This document shows, piece after piece, positions 9,742 through 21,000 of a stretch of 32,000 bases of DNA; within the stretch, counting starts at the first letter, position 1; each line of letters begins with the position of its first letter. The notes under the pieces were generated by a model. That model had not been told where the DNA came from and did no database searches. It saw only the letters and a program-made list of their open reading frames with translations. The translations under genes were made by a program, and so were the position numbers. Source of the stretch: Wallemia ichthyophaga EXF-994 (Eukaryota; Fungi; Basidiomycota); NCBI RefSeq assembly GCF_000400465.1, contig NW_008806286.1, forward strand, positions 203,865 to 235,864, written 5' to 3'.

Positions 9742-11452
9742 TCATGCCTGTTCATTCCCGACTTCATGCTTGACTTCATGTCCCCCAGACTGAGAATCGT
9801 TGTTTACTTTTTCGGTTGTTGGGTTTGAATGAACCCCAAAGTTTTGAATTGAATGTTCACCTTGAAGCAACGCTGGAACATCAGCAGTGAGAACGTCATA
9901 AAGATCAGACTCTGGTTCTCCCAGTTCAGCCAAATCCATACCCATTATTTCGTCATCATCGTCTGCTCTGAACTGACATCCTGGAATGAGGTTGATGAGG
10001 AATAGAAGGATGTAAGTCATAACGAATGAGTACGCAATAACAGTAACTGTGTCAGCGAGCTGGTAGCCTAACTGAACAAAGTGACCATCGAGCCTTCGCA
10101 ATGTTAGCAGAAATTCATTAGAAAAGTCAAACTCACCATCCACCGTCAATGGGGTCTGATCCATCGAAACTTGCAACACTCGATTGAGCAAAGATTGCGG
10201 TGAGGATGTTGCCGCATATACCAGCAACAGCTAGTCAAAATTAAGTAAATTCTTTTCAAATTATTCCATATATACTCACCGTGAGCACTGAAAATATCCA
10301 ATGCGTCGTCAATGCGCACGAGGTCTTTCAGCTTAGTTCCGAAGTTGCTTGCTAATGCGCCAATGAAACCAAAGAGGAATGATGCAGGAGTTCCAACATA
10401 GCCCGAGGCAGGTGTAATGCAAACCAAACCAGAAATAGCACCAGAGCAGAAACCAACGACTGAAATTTTTCTTTCAAGCCTGTAGTCGAGTAAAACCCAA
10501 GTGAGACCACCCATTGATGCAGCTGTGTTTGTGACAATACATGCTTGAGCTGCACGGAGGTTTGCGCCAAATGCAGATCCACCGTTGAAGCCAAACCATC
10601 CAATCCAAAGAAAAACAGTACCTAGAAAGACAAGGACAGGGGAGTGTGGTCTGAATGCGATTTGATTTGTGCCATATCCTCTTCTCTTGCCAACAAAAAG
10701 TGAAATTGCGAGGGCAGCAACACCAGCGTTGATGTGAACAGGAGAACCACCGGCGAAATCCAGTGATCCCAAAACAGCCATCCAACCATCTGAATTCCAG
10801 GTCCAGTGAGCTATTGGATTGTATACAATGATCGTCCAACACAAGATGAAGAGCATTGAAGGAAGTAATCTGCCTCTTTCTGCGAGCGCTCCAAGAGCAA
10901 TAACAATAGTGATACACGCAAAAGTACCTTGGTACCAAGCGTGAACGAGCATAGGTAAGTTTGATTGATCCTGATCTAAAATATCTTTGAAACCACCAAA
11001 AGACTGTAGGTCACCAATGTAACCGCCGTGAGAGTTTCCAAAAGTTAAGCTGTAGCCCATGCAGACCCATTCCAAGGAGACAACTGCGATACCGATCAAA
11101 GACATAAAAAGGAGGTGCATTGCGTTTTTTCTGCGGGTAAGACCGGCATAGAAGAGGCCAAGACCAGGTATCATTAGCCAGACCTAGCAGAGGTTTAGTG
11201 AGAGAGCCTGGAAGCAGGAAGATTACTGACAAGGAATGTGGAAGTGAGCTGCCATGCAATATCGCCCTGACTGTATACCTGTGGATTACCGGAAGACATT
11301 GGTAAGTTGGCTAATCAGTTGATAAGAGGGATGGATGTAGATTGAATAGAATACTCACGGTCTGGAAAAGCGACCATGTCCTGAAAGATATCAGCGTGGT
11401 TTACATAAGGAAAATTGAGGACTTACAGAGGTCGTTGGTGAAACTGAACCAT
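9742..11452 (-). CDS. AMT: Ammonium transporter, Amt/Mep family; 6 exons
   Basis: GDIAWQLTSTFLVWLMIPGLGLFYAG, DFAGGSPVH, WIGWFGFNGGS, LVCITPASG and DDALDIFSAH. ATG at 11452; introns 11381-11426, 11279-11358 and 11184-11230, plus two more near 10230-10280 and 10095-10140. Both pore histidines are present (twin-His, Mep2-like). Confidence 0.95.
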
Positions 11453-11535
11453 CTTGCTGGAGAGCGCCATATAAAATGTTAACCATAATGTTTCTTGGAT
11501 GAAGAAGGGGCAAGAGCTCTCAAATATAAAGACTT

Positions 11536-11880
11536 CTTATCTGCATGATTGATTTTTTTTCATTGATAAGATAAGTACCTGAATGGGCCAAGAGGGTGGG
11601 ATGATACACCGATAGCTGATATGTGATGAGATAAGGCTGATGTAATGCTTCTAAATGGCTTCTGCATGGCTACTAAATGGCTCAGGCTGGTATCGTAGTG
11701 TGCTGGTTTTGGAAGGTGTTGTAGATAAGGAATTTGAGGCGTGGGTATTTGAGGGTATAATGGCTTAAGCAATAAAATTAGGAGTATACAGATGTAAATC
11801 CAATAGTAGATAATTGTAATTTAGCTGATAAGTACAGGATAATTTGATTGGTCAAGGGGATAGATATTGACGATAAATGA
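11536..11880. promoter_or_regulatory. Cluster of GATA sites upstream of the ammonium transporter (candidate nitrogen-catabolite-repression element)
   Basis: CTTATC at 11536; GATAAG at 11565, 11570, 11630, 11724 and 11827; GATAA at 11809, 11838 and 11872; further GATA cores at 11603, 11611, 11618 and 11859. Confidence 0.65.
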
Positions 11881-12568
11881 TACTAAGACCGCCTAAACTG
11901 CAAAGATGTATATTGAGTAAGGTAGAATAATATTTTAAATTAAAATATTCGAACTATGTCATCATCACGGCTCCAACTCAAATCAACTCTTTTTCCCTAC
12001 TAGATCATCCTTAAAAATGTCAGCAATTGCTCAATTAGTTGAAGTAAGTAGATTAAATCTTATTGCTCCCTTTTAATCAAATTTCGCAGAAAACAATCGC
12101 AGAGAACGTTATCGCTGTATTCTCTAAGGCCTATTGTGTGAGCCTATTTAGTCTTAATTTATGAGACTTATTTACATGTTACAGCCATTCTGTACTCGCA
12201 CTAAGAGCTTAATATCAACACTCCCAGTTAAGAAGGAAGATGTGGCTATTTTAGAGTTAGTTTATTGCTTATGAATCGAGGATATCATAACTGAAGGTCA
12301 CAGGTTAGACCAAATGTCCAATGGCTCAGATATACAAGATTACCTTCACAAGAAGACTAATCAGGTTGGTTAATGGTCAGGTTATGTCATCAAACTCTAA
12401 CAACCTCAAAAGAGATCTGTTCCAAACGTTTTCGTTAAACAGCAGCGTAAGTTCAGTAGTCGGACCACATATTTTGACTTATATTTCCACTATAGACATC
12501 GGTGGTAACGACGACTTCCATGCTGCTCACTCCGCAGGAAAGATTCAAAAGTTATTAGAGTAAATCGT

Positions 12569-12850
12569 TCATTGCAAATACACTATTGATGATCTAACTA
12601 TTGGTCCGTTTACTTGTAATCTTTCCTCAATCTGCCCTTGATGCTCATTCTGCGCTCCTTCTCCATCTAAACATCGTGGTGACGAAGAAGATGACGGCGT
12701 AGATGCTGATGTTCTTATAACGCCGTCTAAATAATTTGACTGTGTTTTATCCAAGTATTCAAAGCTGTACTCCCTCGAACGTCTTCTCATTATCGATGGA
12801 GTCGCTCTCTGCTTCTTCTCGATCTTCTTGCTTAAAAATTCTCTGCCCAT
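12569..12850 (-). CDS. Hypothetical 93-aa basic/Ser-rich protein
   Basis: ATG in ATAATG context and an open frame; no recognisable domain. Confidence 0.25.
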   Translation of the reverse strand: MGREFLSKKIEKKQRATPSIMRRRSREYSFEYLDKTQSNYLDGVIRTSASTPSSSSSPRCLDGEGAQNEHQGQIEERLQVNGPIVRSSIVYLQ

Positions 12851-12948
12851 TATAAAAAAACCAACTATAAATACTTCAATTTGTTGATCTTGAGATCCTT
12901 TTAAGTTGTTTCATTTTAATTTACTCACCAAAATGTTGGGCGTAGAAT

Positions 12949-13553
12949 TTGAACCAACTGTTAATTCCAATCATTGGTTGTCTCTTTTTTCTTCAACCGC
13001 TTTGCCCTTGCCATTCTATTCACTCAGAACAAAATAACAACACATCAGTATTCCAAATTCCATCTCAAAATGCGGTAGACGAATTTCAAGGACTACATAG
13101 CAATGCTTGCATAATTGTTGATATTTATCAATACTACCCTATTTATGAATCCGTTTCTGATGTCCTTCGTTCGTCAGTGGAACGAATCAATCCGATTGAT
13201 CAAGGGTGTACAGCTCTAAAATTTCCCAAACACTTTAAAAACAACTTGAGTTGATTCCTATCATTTGCTTGAGGGGCTAATCAATGAGGGGGTTGAGTAG
13301 CAGCTTTTCTAAGCGTGTAACGCCATATCAAGATTGTATCAATGCTCTAAAGTCTATTACGAAATACCTGGTTCCTGCAATACGTATTTCTGCTGAGATT
13401 GCAAGATACCACAAAACTCCCAAAACATTTAGTGGAAATCAGGGCTCTTGGGTTATATCGAGTTCTGAAAACTATGTGGAAGTGATGATCCGGCACTACT
13501 CTTGGGCACGCAATAAAGGAGATACGGCAGATTTCACCTGTATTGACAGCTAG
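12949..13553 (+). pseudogene. Possible broken gene for a small secreted protein, overlapping the left edge of the inverted repeat
   Basis: Two same-strand ORFs in different frames (12949-13254 and 13284-13553). The first has a signal-peptide-like LLIPIIGCLFFL stretch but starts at TTG after an in-frame stop. No family recognised. Confidence 0.2.
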
Positions 13554-16500
13554 AATAATTTGAAATTCACACGTTTCAAGCATTTTTAAATTAAAGCTTC
13601 TAAGATGTATCTTGCATGTTAAGACACGTTGCGTCCACGGGTGACTTAATTTGGGTTCTTGGATAAGTATCAGTGGAAGCCCTCGCCTATCACCTCTCAA
13701 CAATAAATTTTGTAAGATAAACTCGGCTCAGACCAACTCTCCAATTTAGATTTCGAATCTGGTTGATAATAAGAAAAAAATATCGTAAGTAAAACACTGA
13801 GGGCAGAGATGAAGTTCGAAATCTGAGTAAAACCTTAGAGGCTGTAATTTTTTTACGTCTTAAATAACGGTTAGTAATGCCGGATAAAAACTAAAAACCC
13901 TGTCCTGTAATTATTTCCAAATAATTCAAGAATCATGAGATGCTTTACAGTTTTTTCTCATAATGATCGCCTTCGAAACATTTAGAAGATCAACCACATC
14001 AGAGCGATATCGCTCTTTCCTTTTGTCTGGTACCTATTTTGACCCTATGAAGTATGAATCATTATGTATGCATTTAGTTTCTGAATTTCCAGGAGGTTTT
14101 GGCACGACGAGTTCAGAACCAAAAGAGTGCATATAACTTGAATGATCGAAATCGATAATTATGGCAAATACTCACTGGCAAAGTTAGGATAAACCAGTCT
14201 ACTTATTGCTAAGAGAGTAAATCGACTACACCTAACCCGCTAAACAAGTAAAAGGAGTTATCTTTGTAGATATATCAAAATCCCCGAAAAGGATAGGATA
14301 GGGTATGCTCAAAAGTGACCGGATTGGAGTGCCAATTGGGCCACTTGAATTCAATTGTGTCAAGATGGCAGACAATGAACATAAAGACTGACCTTGGCCA
14401 TTAAGTGTAGGGTGTCATTCGGTTGTTCAGATGAGTGGAGGTGGAACTGAAGTGAGAAAGACATAGCGTTCGTGGTATGAGAAAGCCCATAATTTTGCTA
14501 TATTAATTTTTTCAATTATGCTTTCCCGTCCTCATCTCTATTATTACAACATCCTTAATGTTGTTTTGTTCCACTTGTACATTTCGTCTGAACTATGAAA
14601 GTTGGAATGCACCTACTGTTGCAAATGTGTGAATTAATTTAGCATGTTGATTACTTTCTAAACTATACAGTTCGTCATAAAGTTTTAAGTATAAAGTTGA
14701 AATGAAATTAACCTTTTGAAAATCATCGTCTAGAAGTTGAACTGAGGCTCCTGAAAACAGTCAGCTCTAGTGAAATGATTAGGAACAGTATTCCTAAACT
14801 CGAAACCTTTTATCGTCACTTTATGAAGACGTCACGCGATGTTTCCGCCAAGTATCCGCCAAGTATCCGCCCACTGATCTAAAAAGGTACGAACGAAGTA
14901 TTTGTCTACGTATCGTATCTGTGGTTCCTTATAACTCATAAAAGCTCAGTCTTATCATATGCTGATGCTTAAACCACATACCCTTCAAGTAAAGTCTGAC
15001 GCGGATGAATTGAGGCTAGCTGTGGCTAATATGATGATGAAATAGTATTTACAACTTAAGGCAAGCAGGATCAGAGATACGAATTCAGATTCGAAGAGAA
15101 ATAATATTTATAACAAGCTCTGCTTGACTCTGGGAACACGAGTTGCAACGAAGGCCTTCGAGGGTAACATTTTGATGTTTTCGTGTCGATCTAAGCGCAT
15201 GTTTACAAGATTATGAGAGGCCAGCAAGCCGCAATAGCCCCCAAACATTAATCGGAAAGGCTGAAATGAAAAGTGGACAAAAAATGAAACTTTTTTGGAG
15301 CCCAGAAGTCTAATAATTTAAAGCACATCATTAACTGTTCATCGCAGTTTACCCACGAGGACTCATAATGCCAAAATGCGTGCACTAGGTTAAGGTAAAG
15401 TTACCCGATTATTCATCTGTTCGCCTTTTATCATTATCGCGATAACTATGCGAAAATTAGAGTCGCAATCGACATCGTCTTCTATTCTGCCAAAACGCGT
15501 ACACTAGGTAACTTTAACCTTAGGAGCAATTGAAGGTATATCCGAACAGACACTTATTTGGCTGTATCGTATCGTCTTCTTAGATCCAAGAATCACTCTT
15601 CACTTAACAGAATCGTACTTCAACATGCTTGACCCGAGCTCTAGAAAATGTTGAGGAAAGATGCATTGATTCTCATGCTGAGTAATGTAGGCTTTTGTTA
15701 AGCTTAGTTTAATAGGTATACGGCTTTGTTGTCAACTTTTCCGCTTCGCTGATACTTACTCATCATCGTAAGGGGGTAATGGTACCAACTTTAGAAAACG
15801 GCCATGATCACATGTCATTAATGTATATGATTGACAGGCTAGATTTCTTATCTAAACTTAGCAAGTCACTCGTACATGTCGCAGCTAAGCTAATACGAAA
15901 AAGTGGTTTAAGACACATTAGGCTTTAACGCATGTGTTAGAGCAATTTCATCGTAGCTAAAACATCATTGTCAATATGACATCGCAATTATTTGAGTTAG
16001 ATCACGAAATAACTTTATCTTTCCAGCAGAAAAAGCTCACATATTGCGAGTAGCGGGATGAACATAAGATAAAAGTAGAAGCACAACTATCAAACATTAA
16101 ATATCACTTGACCACACCAGCAATTATGGGTAATACCTCTCTTAGATTTGAAACCTTGCCGAATGGGGCGTCATTCAATCATTTCTCCCAGGACAATCTT
16201 TATCGCTTACTTGACCTCATCGAATTTAGCAAATGGTCAGGGTAGTCAAGAGTAATTTCGAGAATTACTCATAAAAACCTATTGGGTTGGAAAGTAGTGA
16301 ACATCAAAATTGTTGAACGAGTAGCTTTATAGTGTGGCCCATCTATAATTACGATCTCATTACTTGCAGTAGATCTCAAGTGCGTCACGCTATCAACGTT
16401 AGAGAATGTCACACTTACATAACTGAAGCGCTCTATATCATTTTGTAAGTGGCTTAGCGCGCTAGATGCTAACCTCGTCAATATTATTGATGAAGTTGGC

Positions 16501-16888
16501 ATATGTGACATCGTTCTACTGACAATTATGCATTTGGCTCAATGCTAAGAAAACAAAGTGCTTATCTATACTCAAGAGAGAGTATACAATTTACTGAGAT
16601 TTCCGTTGCAGGCAATCGTTTGTTAAGATATTCATTTTAAATGGAAACTGTTACGAATTGATCTAAATTTGACGCTAAGAGTTAAACTGCACTAAATATT
16701 AGGGCAAGAGAGAATGAAATAGAGCTAACATCCTTGACCTGTGCTTGTCACACTAGTGAGACAAAGTCCGAGATAAACTTCTTACTCAAATGAGCTACTT
16801 CACTTAACTGTTGGCGACCCAAATCATACTTGTATTACATTGATGAAACTCCAAATCTATCAAAACATAACTGATAGAGCCCTACAAG
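13422..16888 (+). repeat. Left arm of a 3,467-bp inverted repeat
   Basis: Reverse complement of 18040-21506; paired coordinates sum to 34928 throughout. Blocks near 13.4, 13.8, 14.2, 14.9, 15.1, 15.9, 16.6 and 16.8 kb were identical on spot check. Three mismatches were seen in the innermost 23 bp. Confidence 0.98.
14844..14871 (+). repeat. Short tandem repeat (TCCGCCAAGTA) x2.5 in the IR arm; mirror copy at 20057-20084
   Basis: Sequence tccgccaagta tccgccaagta tccgcc is directly visible. Confidence 0.9.
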
Positions 16889-18039
16889 GCTAACAATTTA
16901 TCAGTATGTTAAATAATAATTATTTCCAAGCGGAAGACACGAGGTACTGCATAATCCGTGATTGGCGAAACAAACTGCTTCGAACATTTCTTTTTCGCTA
17001 TAAAAAAGTCATCATGACACGCTCAGAAAAAGTATTTAAAGGCTCTTCAAGAAATAAGAACTATTGTTTAGTTCCAACTTCAAAAGTCAAAACTGGGTTT
17101 TTTTCTACTTACATATCTATAAAAGCCGTCAAATAAGTAATTCTTCTTGGGCGCTTTACCTACCTTGTCGAAAAAAAAAATACTCATTCGCCTGTTTGAT
17201 TTGTTGGGATGTATTTCATTTGAATTGCCTTTATCGGTCTATTAAAAACTGTTTGATCGAGTGAGGTGAGAAACCCGTTGTGTAACCAATGTGAGAAAAA
17301 CACAAAATTTATGTCGGTCGGAGATAAAAACGATGAAAGTACTATATGCTACAGTTATGACACAAGCATGAATGGCGATTTGACTTCATAATTCAACCTA
17401 AACTTCCTTAGATGATTGACAAAAACGTCGTGATAACCTCCTTCAAGACTATTACCCCCTACTACAAGTCCTGATATACCTTTAGATTATTATTTTTATC
17501 GTTTATAATATCCTACTTTATTTAGATCTCACAAACTATGAAAACGTAATGATTTTTTCAAAGTAAATTTCATTCTTTGAGAAGAACAATTTTCTCGAAA
17601 GCGTTAGAAGTGTAATTATGAAATGAAGTTAGTGTTTTTCTTTTTTTTCGCCATGGTTAGCTTTGGTCGTAAAATATGTCTCCCAGATGTGAAATTCATT
17701 GTCGATAACATGATTTCTTAATAATTCATACAACTTTAAAGGAGGTTGATTTGGGCACTCTAGATTTTTTTACCTTTAAAGTCCTAAAGTTTGAACGTTT
17801 ACTTCGGTACTCAACTGAATGCTTCTTTTTTTTTTCTTGCTCTTCTCTCGTTTTAATTTAGATAGGTCTTTCAGAGGTTAAACATTTCGATTGATAAAAT
17901 CCTAGACTTAATTTTTTTTAGTTCACGTTTATCATTATGATTTGTAATAGTTGGTTTATAGTGAAATAATAGTAATTACTTGACTTCAAAATTCAAAGAT
18001 TCATCATTGTACAATCCAGAAAAATTCAAAGTTGTAAAA
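16889..18039. other. Unique AT-rich central core between the IR arms
   Basis: 1,151 bp with A10 and T-rich homopolymer runs; about 32% GC by hand count over 16921-18000, with several 60-bp lines at 22-23%; only short uninformative ORFs. Confidence 0.85.
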
Positions 18040-21000
18040 CTTGTAGGGCTCCAACAGTTATATTTTGATAGATTTGGAGTTTCATCAATGTAATACAAGT
18101 ATGATTTGGGTCGCCAACAGTTAAGTGAAGTAGCTCATTTGAGTAAGAAGTTTATCTCGGACTTTGTCTCACTAGTGTGACAAGCACAGGTCAAGGATGT
18201 TAGCTCTATTTCATTCTCTCTTGCCCTAATATTTAGTGCAGTTTAACTCTTAGCGTCAAATTTAGATCAATTCGTAACAGTTTCCATTTAAAATGAATAT
18301 CTTAACAAACGATTGCCTGCAACGGAAATCTCAGTAAATTGTATACTCTCTCTTGAGTATAGATAAGCACTTTGTTTTCTTAGCATTGAGCCAAATGCAT
18401 AATTGTCAGTAGAACGATGTCACATATGCCAACTTCATCAATAATATTGACGAGGTTAGCATCTAGCGCGCTAAGCCACTTACAAAATGATATAGAGCGC
18501 TTCAGTTATGTAAGTGTGACATTCTCTAACGTTGATAGCGTGACGCACTTGAGATCTACTGCAAGTAATGAGATCGTAATTATAGATGGGCCACACTATA
18601 AAGCTACTCGTTCAACAATTTTGATGTTCACTACTTTCCAACCCAATAGGTTTTTATGAGTAATTCTCGAAATTACTCTTGACTACCCTGACCATTTGCT
18701 AAATTCGATGAGGTCAAGTAAGCGATAAAGATTGTCCTGGGAGAAATGATTGAATGACGCCCCATTCGGCAAGGTTTCAAATCTAAGAGAGGTATTACCC
18801 ATAATTGCTGGTGTGGTCAAGTGATATTTAATGTTTGATAGTTGTGCTTCTACTTTTATCTTATGTTCATCCCGCTACTCGCAATATGTGAGCTTTTTCT
18901 GCTGGAAAGATAAAGTTATTTCGTGATCTAACTCAAATAATTGCGATGTCATATTGACAATGATGTTTTAGCTACGATGAAATTGCTCTAACACATGCGT
19001 TAAAGCCTAATGTGTCTTAAACCACTTTTTCGTATTAGCTTAGCTGCGACATGTACGAGTGACTTGCTAAGTTTAGATAAGAAATCTAGCCTGTCAATCA
19101 TATACATTAATGACATGTGATCATGGCCGTTTTCTAAAGTTGGTACCATTACCCCCTTACGATGATGAGTAAGTATCAGCGAAGCGGAAAAGTTGACAAC
19201 AAAGCCGTATACCTATTAAACTAAGCTTAACAAAAGCCTACATTACTCAGCATGAGAATCAATGCATCTTTCCTCAACATTTTCTAGAGCTCGGGTCAAG
19301 CATGTTGAAGTACGATTCTGTTAAGTGAAGAGTGATTCTTGGATCTAAGAAGACGATACGATACAGCCAAATAAGTGTCTGTTCGGATATACCTTCAATT
19401 GCTCCTAAGGTTAAAGTTACCTAGTGTACGCGTTTTGGCAGAATAGAAGACGATGTCGATTGCGACTCTAATTTTCGCATAGTTATCGCGATAATGATAA
19501 AAGGCGAACAGATGAATAATCGGGTAACTTTACCTTAACCTAGTGCACGCATTTTGGCATTATGAGTCCTCGTGGGTAAACTGCGATGAACAGTTAATGA
19601 TGTGCTTTAAATTATTAGACTTCTGGGCTCCAAAAAAGTTTCATTTTTTGTCCACTTTTCATTTCAGCCTTTCCGATTAATGTTTGGGGGCTATTGCGGC
19701 TTGCTGGCCTCTCATAATCTTGTAAACATGCGCTTAGATCGACACGAAAACATCAAAATGTTACCCTCGAAGGCCTTCGTTGCAACTCGTGTTCCCAGAG
19801 TCAAGCAGAGCTTGTTATAAATATTATTTCTCTTCGAATCTGAATTCGTATCTCTGATCCTGCTTGCCTTAAGTTGTAAATACTATTTCATCATCATATT
19901 AGCCACAGCTAGCCTCAATTCATCCGCGTCAGACTTTACTTGAAGGGTATGTGGTTTAAGCATCAGCATATGATAAGACTGAGCTTTTATGAGTTATAAG
20001 GAACCACAGATACGATACGTAGACAAATACTTCGTTCGTACCTTTTTAGATCAGTGGGCGGATACTTGGCGGATACTTGGCGGAAACATCGCGTGACGTC
20101 TTCATAAAGTGACGATAAAAGGTTTCGAGTTTAGGAATACTGTTCCTAATCATTTCACTAGAGCTGACTGTTTTCAGGAGCCTCAGTTCAACTTCTAGAC
20201 GATGATTTTCAAAAGGTTAATTTCATTTCAACTTTATACTTAAAACTTTATGACGAACTGTATAGTTTAGAAAGTAATCAACATGCTAAATTAATTCACA
20301 CATTTGCAACAGTAGGTGCATTCCAACTTTCATAGTTCAGACGAAATGTACAAGTGGAACAAAACAACATTAAGGATGTTGTAATAATAGAGATGAGGAC
20401 GGGAAAGCATAATTGAAAAAATTAATATAGCAAAATTATGGGCTTTCTCATACCACGAACGCTATGTCTTTCTCACTTCAGTTCCACCTCCACTCATCTG
20501 AACAACCGAATGACACCCTACACTTAATGGCCAAGGTCAGTCTTTATGTTCATTGTCTGCCATCTTGACACAATTGAATTCAAGTGGCCCAATTGGCACT
20601 CCAATCCGGTCACTTTTGAGCATACCCTATCCTATCCTTTTCGGGGATTTTGATATATCTACAAAGATAACTCCTTTTACTTGTTTAGCGGGTTAGGTGT
20701 AGTCGATTTACTCTCTTAGCAATAAGTAGACTGGTTTATCCTAACTTTGCCAGTGAGTATTTGCCATAATTATCGATTTCGATCATTCAAGTTATATGCA
20801 CTCTTTTGGTTCTGAACTCGTCGTGCCAAAACCTCCTGGAAATTCAGAAACTAAATGCATACATAATGATTCATACTTCATAGGGTCAAAATAGGTACCA
20901 GACAAAAGGAAAGAGCGATATCGCTCTGATGTGGTTGATCTTCTAAATGTTTCGAAGGCGATCATTATGAGAAAAAACTGTAAAGCATCTCATGATTCTT

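Noticed and set aside
17090-17840. A-tract/T-tract strand asymmetry in the core suggesting an older degenerate palindrome
   Set aside because: The runs do not map to mirror positions around the IR centre (17464), and T-runs also occur in the left half.
16889-18039. Flip-flop mating-type cassette between the inverted repeats
   Set aside because: The spacer contains no homeodomain, HMG, pheromone or receptor coding sequence, only short AT-rich ORFs.
16269-18659. Identical 80-aa ORFs 16269-16511(-) and 18417-18659(+), and the pair 13347-13703(-)/21225-21524(+), as duplicated genes
   Set aside because: No recognisable domain and no coding-like character; their identity simply follows from the inverted repeat.
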